Source: Vitrella brassicaformis CCMP3155 (taxonomy: Eukaryota > Protista > Chromerida). From it: a stretch of 5,523 bases of DNA. Positions within the stretch are counted from its first letter, which is position 1. Every line of letters starts with the position of its first letter. The stretch spans positions 1 through 5,523 of the forward strand of contig CDMY01001037.1 in assembly GCA_001179505.1 (NCBI GenBank), read 5' to 3'. The notes under the pieces are model-generated. The model was not told where the DNA came from. It did not search any database and was given only the letters and a program-made list of their open reading frames with translations. Made by a program: the position numbers and the translations under genes. Shown here piece after piece: positions 1 to 5,523 of the stretch.

Positions 1-25
1 CACGGCCTTACGCAGCCAGACGCAT

Positions 26-40
26 ACACACACACACACA
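26..40. repeat. (AC)n microsatellite, 7.5 units
   Basis: ACACACACACACACA read directly at 26-40. Confidence 0.9.
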
Positions 41-439
41 AGCTGTCTTGCTGAAAATGTAGTCAGGCGGCCTGCGCTGTTTGTTTCTCCGTTTACTCCG
101 TGCCCGGGCGCCATGTCATGTACGGTACATGTTTCGAGGGGGACGCGCCTTAGACTCCCAATACACACACATAATGGCAAGGTTCTTGCATTGTTTCCCT
201 CCCAGCCTTCGAGTGCTGGCTCCTGCGGCTGCAGCAGCGGCACAAAGCCTGCTACCTGGCATCGGATGGCGAAGGAGTGACGATGCCACGCCCTGGCGGG
301 GTCGACCGACCGTGTTGATCTCCATGCCCTGCTGTACTGCGATGCCCCGCTCTACTGCACGGTGAGCTGATGACCGTCACGCAGCATTCTGGCACACAGA
401 TCTACTCGTCTGCGCTTCTGTGAACGACTCGCCAGGTGC

Positions 440-1295
440 ATGAAACCGGCCGCCAGAGGGTCGGCAGGCGAAGAAGGAGAGAAGACAGAGGGACTGCGGC
501 GCCAAGCATGGAGTCAGATGATGCACGAGAAGAAGGCAAAGAAAAAAAGAGCTCAGCATGTCTTTCGAGCTGACAAAGAGCTTCGTGCGCCACGAGATGG
601 CGTCATCAAAAAGACCACCCGCGCGACGAACCCGGCTGACTACACTCTTGGACGTGCCAAGGGGACAGTGACTAGCAGCCTCAAGCGGAAGACATTTGTG
701 GCTGCGCTGGATGAATCAGATCGCCGTCAGTACAACGTCCTGAAGCGCTTGGATGCTACGCATGAGTTCGTCCAGCGTACCGATAAGTTTATGGAGAAGA
801 AGTATCGGGCAGCGCAGCGCACCAAGCGTCACGAGATCACTGACCGCATGGAGGAGGCTTATGAAGCCGCTCGCGCAGCCGCGTCGAACGATCCCGTGGA
901 TGCAAGACAAGACGGTCGTCGACGCTATGCTGCTGCTGCATGGGAGACTGCTGATGTCGATGTCGGGGAATCCAAGCTGCTCAGAGGATACCCACTATAT
1001 CACTCACGGGCCGTCGAGAGTCTCAGAGAGCAGCACCTTCGGGTCATCGACTCAAAGATTCCCGGGGCTGGCCGAGGCATTACGTCTGTTTCACCACTTC
1101 GCGCAGCCGAGTCATTCCGAGGTATCAAGGGCGTTCTTCTGCCTGGCGGCTTGAGCGGTTCGGTTATTCGTGAGAAGTGTCTCCAGTATCTGAGACGGGG
1201 TTTCAAGCAGCGGCGGGGCCAGGTGACAGTGCCATACACGTTTTATGCATTTGAGGTCATCGCAAAGGGGATGGATCCAAGAGCTCGACATGGTG
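440..1295 (+). CDS. 5' part (copy 1) of SET-domain-like protein gene, cut off by the assembly gap
   Basis: Open frame from ATG 440 to the N-run. Same protein as 1642-2727 plus 26 extra N-terminal residues. The frame is open from 374 (TGA at 371), so the true start or upstream exons are uncertain. Confidence 0.7.
472..1295 (+). repeat. 824-bp direct repeat, copy 1 (left of gap)
   Basis: Matches 1596-2419 (offset 1124) except 582T/1706C, 595A/1719G, 598T/1722C, 607C/1731T and 733C/1857T. It ends exactly at the gap. Confidence 0.95.
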
Positions 1296-1595
1296 NNNNN
1301 NNNNNNNNNNNNNNNNNNNNNNNNNNNNNNNNNNNNNNNNNNNNNNNNNNNNNNNNNNNNNNNNNNNNNNNNNNNNNNNNNNNNNNNNNNNNNNNNNNNN
1401 NNNNNNNNNNNNNNNNNNNNNNNNNNNNNNNNNNNNNNNNNNNNNNNNNNNNNNNNNNNNNNNNNNNNNNNNNNNNNNNNNNNNNNNNNNNNNNNNNNNN
1501 NNNNNNNNNNNNNNNNNNNNNNNNNNNNNNNNNNNNNNNNNNNNNNNNNNNNNNNNNNNNNNNNNNNNNNNNNNNNNNNNNNNNNNNNNNNNNNN
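1296..1595. other. Assembly gap (300 N)
   Basis: Run of 300 N. The round number suggests an estimated or placeholder size. Confidence 0.99.
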
Positions 1596-2419
1596 AGAAG
1601 GAGAGAAGACAGAGGGACTGCGGCGCCAAGCATGGAGTCAGATGATGCACGAGAAGAAGGCAAAGAAAAAAAGAGCTCAGCATGTCTTTCGAGCTGACAA
1701 AGAGCCTCGTGCGCCACGGGACGGCGTCATTAAAAAGACCACCCGCGCGACGAACCCGGCTGACTACACTCTTGGACGTGCCAAGGGGACAGTGACTAGC
1801 AGCCTCAAGCGGAAGACATTTGTGGCTGCGCTGGATGAATCAGATCGCCGTCAGTATAACGTCCTGAAGCGCTTGGATGCTACGCATGAGTTCGTCCAGC
1901 GTACCGATAAGTTTATGGAGAAGAAGTATCGGGCAGCGCAGCGCACCAAGCGTCACGAGATCACTGACCGCATGGAGGAGGCTTATGAAGCCGCTCGCGC
2001 AGCCGCGTCGAACGATCCCGTGGATGCAAGACAAGACGGTCGTCGACGCTATGCTGCTGCTGCATGGGAGACTGCTGATGTCGATGTCGGGGAATCCAAG
2101 CTGCTCAGAGGATACCCACTATATCACTCACGGGCCGTCGAGAGTCTCAGAGAGCAGCACCTTCGGGTCATCGACTCAAAGATTCCCGGGGCTGGCCGAG
2201 GCATTACGTCTGTTTCACCACTTCGCGCAGCCGAGTCATTCCGAGGTATCAAGGGCGTTCTTCTGCCTGGCGGCTTGAGCGGTTCGGTTATTCGTGAGAA
2301 GTGTCTCCAGTATCTGAGACGGGGTTTCAAGCAGCGGCGGGGCCAGGTGACAGTGCCATACACGTTTTATGCATTTGAGGTCATCGCAAAGGGGATGGAT
2401 CCAAGAGCTCGACATGGTG
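1596..2419 (+). repeat. 824-bp direct repeat, copy 2 (right of gap)
   Basis: Starts exactly at the gap edge and matches 472-1295 with 5 substitutions. Confidence 0.95.
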
Positions 2420-2727
2420 CGTTTCTATATACGAGCCCAGAGATCGAGCCGTTATGTCTAGTCAACGTCGCTCCTGCAGGAGCAGTCGCCAACGTGGTCA
2501 TTGATACAACAGAACGGCCGGGTGGTCACCGAAACGACGATATGTGGATACCGGACGACAGACGTTTTGACTCTCTTCGAGAGGTTTTTTCTGAGGCCGA
2601 TTCTTCTCATTCGGAGGTCACGTTTATGGTGCCAAAGGACTACCCGGGCACAATACCGCCAGGCAGGGAGCTCGTGACGGACACGTACAAGTTACACGAC
2701 CTCTGGAGCATGGACATCGGACCGTAG
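1642..2727 (+). CDS. Divergent SET (PR/SET-like) domain protein, putative lysine methyltransferase or pseudo-enzyme. 361 aa from this ATG, about 387 aa with the N-terminus seen in copy 1
   Basis: LRVIDSKIPGAGRGITSVSPLRAAE (from 2161) fits the SET N-terminal 'S.I.gAG.G.f....I..Ge' motif. PLCLVNVA...ANV (Asn at 2464) sits at the 'RFINHS..PN' position. IPPGRELVTDTY (2653-2688) fits 'I..GEEL..DY'. Four of the 5 SNPs between copies are synonymous in this frame, which supports it being the coding frame. Confidence 0.7.
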   Translation: MMHEKKAKKKRAQHVFRADKEPRAPRDGVIKKTTRATNPADYTLGRAKGTVTSSLKRKTFVAALDESDRRQYNVLKRLDATHEFVQRTDKFMEKKYRAAQRTKRHEITDRMEEAYEAARAAASNDPVDARQDGRRRYAAAAWETADVDVGESKLLRGYPLYHSRAVESLREQHLRVIDSKIPGAGRGITSVSPLRAAESFRGIKGVLLPGGLSGSVIREKCLQYLRRGFKQRRGQVTVPYTFYAFEVIAKGMDPRARHGAFLYTSPEIEPLCLVNVAPAGAVANVVIDTTERPGGHRNDDMWIPDDRRFDSLREVFSEADSSHSEVTFMVPKDYPGTIPPGRELVTDTYKLHDLWSMDIGP

Positions 2728-2791
2728 TTTATTGCTGCCTGTAATACATTACGATACACTACTATCGGATCGGATGGCATTATGATTGTGA

Positions 2792-2852
2792 GTGGACGCA
2801 CATGCATGGATATGCAGCATGGATGTCCGTGAACGCACACGCATGGATGTCC
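2792..2852 (+). repeat. Short imperfect tandem repeat (GCATGGAT core x3) downstream of the SET-like gene
   Basis: GTGGACGCACATGCATGGAT (2792-2811) vs GTGAACGCACACGCATGGAT (2829-2848) match 18/20. GCATGGATGTCC occurs at 2817-2828 and 2841-2852. Confidence 0.75.
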
Positions 2853-3221
2853 CTTATGTCGTACTGGGACTTCAACTTCCGGGCATCACCGGTTTCGACG
2901 GGGGGGGAAGACAAATGTTTCATAAGTGCTTTTGACAATCACACGCCAAGCTACATGAACACCTTCATGTGCTTCTCCTCGATCCGCAGGGAGAAGAAAG
3001 TTCTCGCCCTCCCGGTTCCACGTTTTTCTTTCGCAGATCAGCCTTTTGAACGCTGAGATCTCTGAGTTCGGCCGCTGAACGGACCTCCCTTGTACCTCAT
3101 CTCTAAGGGCAAGGACGTGCCGCTGACAGTTCGAGGTTCCCGGCTGCTCTCCTTCCGGACGATAGATCCGACTTCTCCCACCCATCCGAGCGGTCCTGCC
3201 CTGCTCCAGGACCCGGGCGGG

Positions 3222-3674
3222 ATGGCGACAAGAGTGCCGCCCGCCCATCCTCCACCGGGAGATCCTCCCGACTCGGCCATGCAGCCACTCTCGCAACCGG
3301 AGGACTCCCAGTCAGCCCCTCGCGCTCGTCACCTCGTGCTCGTCACTCGTCACCAGTCCTTCCTTTCTGCCTGGGCCTCCCACGGCGTGGATGACTCCCG
3401 CGCGCAGACCTTCCACGTGGCGTTCATGATGATTCGGTGGTCGGAAGGAGTGGAAGCGGCGCGCACGGCGCTCGACAACCTCACCCGGCAGGCATTCGGC
3501 GACCCCGCCATGCGGGAGGCGGTGAAGGCGGCCTACTCGCCGCTACTGATCGGCATCGCCGAGTCGCTCGAGTACTCATCCGACCCCGGGTCGTCGCCGA
3601 AGCGGAAACGGCGGTGCCAACGGGGCAAGAGGGGTCGCCCGATCCGGTCGGGGGGCGACTTCGACGCGTCCTAG
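3222..3674 (+). CDS. Hypothetical 150-aa protein: Pro-rich N-terminus, predicted helical core, basic NLS-like PKRKRR. May be the first segment of a longer disrupted ORF
   Basis: First in-frame ATG is at 3222 in good Kozak context (GGGATGG). The track's start at 3090 is a TTG. Codons are GC3-rich and the central sequence is protein-like. No family recognised. Confidence 0.45.
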   Translation: MATRVPPAHPPPGDPPDSAMQPLSQPEDSQSAPRARHLVLVTRHQSFLSAWASHGVDDSRAQTFHVAFMMIRWSEGVEAARTALDNLTRQAFGDPAMREAVKAAYSPLLIGIAESLEYSSDPGSSPKRKRRCQRGKRGRPIRSGGDFDAS

Positions 3675-4450
3675 GGCTTTCCAGGGCGCCGGCCGCCCAA
3701 TCAGCGGCGGCGGTGCCCTCCTACCCCGCCGCCACCGCCACCGCCACACCCTCAGCAGGGGAGTCATCGGACGAGTCCCTCGACGAGTCGCCGGTGGAGG
3801 CCGCCCCTCTGGAACGCCTGCCCACCCCCAGCGCCCTCTTCCGCGACCAATGGAGACAGCGGGAACGCCTCCGGAAGCGCTTCGGCTCTCCTTCCCCCCC
3901 ACCGGACCTCCGCCGGCCGCTCACCCGCGGCTCGAACGGCTCCCGCACTGCCCTCTCCCGCCGCGCATCCGGTCCTGCCGGGAGTCCTCACCCGCGCCCA
4001 TCCCGTCGCTCCCAGTCTCGTCCTCCGGGCACACCTGCGCAAACTACAGCCCAACTCGACAGCGGCCAGCGCAGCGGAGCCGGCGGCGGCAGGGGGCTCG
4101 TTCACCGGCCACGGCCCTGCTGCGGCAGCCGCTGGACCGGCCAACGCGGCTAGTGCCGGATCTGGGCACGCAGGGACGTCCGATGGCAACGACGGGGATG
4201 CGGACATGGACGGAGGGGGGGACGGGGACGAGGATGAGGACGAGAACGGCAGCCGGTACCCCCTGCCTGTGGCCGCCCTCCACCAGCTCGCGACTTGAGA
4301 CATCAGCCCATTCATGCAAGGGCAGATCCCCACGATCAACAAATGGGTCGCCCGTCGGGAGTTCGCTATTCGCGCCGCCCGCGCCAACGCGGTGAGATGC
4401 GCTGACGAGGAGCTATTGGTGCCTGCCTACACGCTGCTGTGCATTCTCCC
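3222..4450 (+). pseudogene. Disrupted ORF of unknown identity (possibly a transposon ORF1/gag-like remnant), interrupted by the LTR insertion
   Basis: One frame runs from 3222 to the LTR edge with only two stops, TAG 3672-3674 and TGA 4296-4298. It encodes Pro/Ala/Gly-rich and acidic stretches (GDGDEDEDENG), then a more ordered segment (DISPFMQGQIPTINKWVARREFAIRAARANAVRCADEELLVPAYTLLCILP). The region is very GC-rich, so open frames alone are weak evidence. Confidence 0.4.
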
Positions 4451-4660
4451 TGTTGCGGAATGTATACGCTCACAGCTGGACAGAGGCGCCTGTACAGGGA
4501 GCACATGTAGGCCCGTCGCCTAAGATGATCCATAGATCCGCCCAATCAGCGTTAGGGCGATCACTGCTTCACGTGTAAAAGACTCTTGCGTGTTCCGTGA
4601 AGGCTCCTGTGCTTGGTGTGCGTTAGCCGATATCTCGCTTGACCACTGCGTTACGCAACT
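4451..4660 (+). repeat. Putative 5' LTR (210 bp)
   Basis: Starts TGTTGCGGAA and ends TTACGCAACT, an 8/10 terminal inverted repeat, directly abutting the PBS. The upstream flank GCATTCTCCC is pyrimidine-rich with no polypurine tract, as expected for a 5' LTR at an insertion junction. The second LTR is outside the window, so the 5' boundary is inferred. Confidence 0.7.
4538..4580 (+). promoter_or_regulatory. Candidate LTR promoter motifs: GC-box/CCAAT (CCGCCCAATCAG), CACGTG, TATA-like TGTAAAA
   Basis: CCAAT at 4543-4547, CACGTG at 4570-4575 and TGTAAAA at 4574-4580, in the order expected for U3. Short motifs, function not shown. Confidence 0.3.
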
Positions 4661-4673
4661 GGTTATGAGCCCA
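4598..4673 (+). repeat. 76-bp exact direct repeat, copy A (63 bp LTR 3' end + 13 bp PBS)
   Basis: Identical to 4708-4783 (offset 110). Confidence 0.95.
4661..4673 (+). promoter_or_regulatory. Primer-binding site 1, complementary to the anticodon arm of initiator tRNA-Met
   Basis: GGTTATGAGCCCA is the reverse complement of UGGGCUCAUAACC. It resembles the PBS of yeast Ty5 (GGTTATGAGCCCT) and Drosophila copia (GGTTATGGGCCCA), recalled from knowledge. Confidence 0.85.
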
Positions 4674-4707
4674 ACCTCTTGCTGAGCCCAACCTCTTGCT
4701 GCGCCCA
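4666..4707 (+). repeat. 17-bp tandem repeat TGAGCCCAACCTCTTGC, about 2.5 copies
   Basis: 4666-4682 and 4683-4699 are identical. 4700-4707 (TGCGCCCA) is a partial third copy with one mismatch. Confidence 0.95.
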
Positions 4708-4783
4708 TGAAGGCTCCTGTGCTTGGTGTGCGTTAGCCGATATCTCGCTTGACCACTGCGTTACGCAACTGGTTATGAGCCCA
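4708..4783 (+). repeat. 76-bp exact direct repeat, copy B (second LTR 3' end + PBS)
   Basis: Identical to 4598-4673. Confidence 0.95.
4771..4783 (+). promoter_or_regulatory. Primer-binding site 2, complementary to the anticodon arm of initiator tRNA-Met
   Basis: GGTTATGAGCCCA again, preceded by CGCAACT and ending 59 bp before the gag ATG. Confidence 0.85.
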
Positions 4784-4842
4784 CGTGGCTACTCCTGCGG
4801 GGAGACGGCACACAAGCGGTAGATCTCAGCCAGATCTTAGCC

Positions 4843-5523
4843 ATGGACACTGACACGCCCGCTGGAGGCACCAATCCTGCAGAGCAGGAAGGCGTGATGG
4901 GCGGACAAGGCGCAGGTGTCGGAGGCGGTGAGGGATCTCCACAGATCCCGCCGAACGGCGACGGAAACGCTGGAGCAGCACCAAATGGCGGTGAGGCTGG
5001 CGGTGAGGCTGGCCAGCCAGGCCAAGGTGACGGTAACAATGCTGGAAACGGCGATGCGGTGATGGTGTCGGAGGAGGAGCGTGCTGCTGCCCTCTCGTCA
5101 ACCATCGGTGCCTACCTCAACCAGCATGAGCCGCAGCAGGCCGGTCATACGGCTAGCAATCTGACCCTGACGGGCGTGGTGACGAAGAAAGCAGCGGAGT
5201 CGGTGGTGGAGCGTAAGAAGCTCAAGCTTCATACCTTCACTGGCGACCAGGCTGGCTTCCCCACGTTCGCGTTTGAGGTGCAGAGCAAGTGCTACGCGGC
5301 CAAGATCGGCTACCTGCTCGACAAAAGCGGCCGTCAGGCCGGGCGAGCCATCTACGGCACGGTGCAGTACGACGCGGACAATGCTCATCTGCACGCGCAG
5401 CTGATAGACGCACTGATGGGCACCAATGATGGGCAACCGCCGACAAATCCGCGGGCACTGGCTGTCGTCCAGCAAGGGCCGGCGGGCAACGGTGCGGCGG
5501 CCTGGGACGCACTGTTGAAGGCG
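4843..5523 (+). CDS. gag: Copia-type Gag or Gag-Pol, N-terminal 227 aa (3'-partial, absent from the supplied ORF track)
   Basis: GCCATGG Kozak start followed by 227 codons with no stop to the window end. KLKLHTFTGDQAGFPTF (about 5218-5268) resembles the 'lp.F.G....f..W' gag start, and ALAVVQQGPAGNGAAAWDALLKA resembles the copia gag 'a..lv......dG..AW..L' motif. It lies just downstream of the PBS. Confidence 0.8.
   Translation, partial: MDTDTPAGGTNPAEQEGVMGGQGAGVGGGEGSPQIPPNGDGNAGAAPNGGEAGGEAGQPGQGDGNNAGNGDAVMVSEEERAAALSSTIGAYLNQHEPQQAGHTASNLTLTGVVTKKAAESVVERKKLKLHTFTGDQAGFPTFAFEVQSKCYAAKIGYLLDKSGRQAGRAIYGTVQYDADNAHLHAQLIDALMGTNDGQPPTNPRALAVVQQGPAGNGAAAWDALLKA

Larger units (their letters stand above)
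4451..5523 (+). mobile_element. Ty1/copia-superfamily LTR retrotransposon, 5' portion (half-tRNA-primed type), continuing beyond the window
   Basis: Ordered arrangement of LTR, PBS GGTTATGAGCCCA, a 59-bp leader and a gag ORF with copia-like motifs. Confidence 0.85.

Noticed and set aside
81-365. 94-aa ORF and other short ORFs at the window start
   Set aside because: Non-ATG start, no recognisable motifs, and a length expected by chance at this GC content.
440-1645. 401-aa ORF in the track spanning the gap
   Set aside because: Artefact of translating through N. The post-gap residues are in a different frame from the real copy-2 protein.
402-2363. Antisense and alternative-frame ORFs overlapping the SET-like gene
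   Set aside because: Shadows of the main frame. The SNP pattern supports the 440/1642 frame.
2900-2911. G8-AAGA purine tract as a possible PPT of a much longer LTR starting near 2916
   Set aside because: No terminal inverted match to the PBS-proximal end. TGTTGCG at 4451 fits much better.
3018-3036. Polypyrimidine tract plus CAG resembling a 3' splice acceptor
   Set aside because: No donor or joined exon could be assigned without transcript data.
3672-3680. Programmed stop-codon readthrough at TAG 3672 or TGA 4296
   Set aside because: No recognised readthrough context (e.g. CARYYA or CUAG) and no demonstrable pseudoknot. Simple decay is more parsimonious.
3693-3706. 14-bp CCGCCCAATCAGCG identical to 4538-4551 in the LTR
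   Set aside because: The match does not extend, and a single 14-mer match in GC-rich 5.5 kb is compatible with chance.
3576-4395. Multiple overlapping ORFs on both strands
   Set aside because: Very GC-rich, low-complexity DNA has few stops, and the translations are Arg/Pro/Ala-rich with no domain signal.
4598-4783. Repeat-spacer-repeat pattern resembling CRISPR or a tRNA gene
   Set aside because: Only two 76-bp units, no cas genes, eukaryotic context and no cloverleaf. Explained as LTR end plus PBS.
4773-5512. Minus-strand ORFs over the gag region
   Set aside because: Antisense shadows of the + strand gag frame, which the track omitted because it has no stop in the window.

Overview
GC-rich eukaryotic-looking scaffold segment with a 300-N gap (1296-1595); the host cannot be identified from this window. 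(1) An uninterrupted + strand ORF of about 387 aa once the two gap-flanking copies are merged. It has a basic/helical N-terminus and a divergent SET (PR/SET-like) domain at the C-terminus. An 824-bp piece of it is present on both sides of the gap with 5 SNPs, most likely unmerged haplotypes or paralogues. (2) A low-complexity + strand reading frame of unknown identity (about 3222-4450), broken by two stops and apparently cut at 4450/4451. (3) The 5' end of a Ty1/copia-type LTR retrotransposon: 5' LTR (4451-4660, TGTTGCG...CGCAACT), a half-tRNA(iMet)-type primer-binding site GGTTATGAGCCCA, and a gag ORF from 4843 running off the window end, which the supplied ORF track misses. The element carries a second copy of its LTR 3' end plus PBS, separated by a 17-bp tandem repeat. 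All family calls come from motif recognition by eye, not from database searches.
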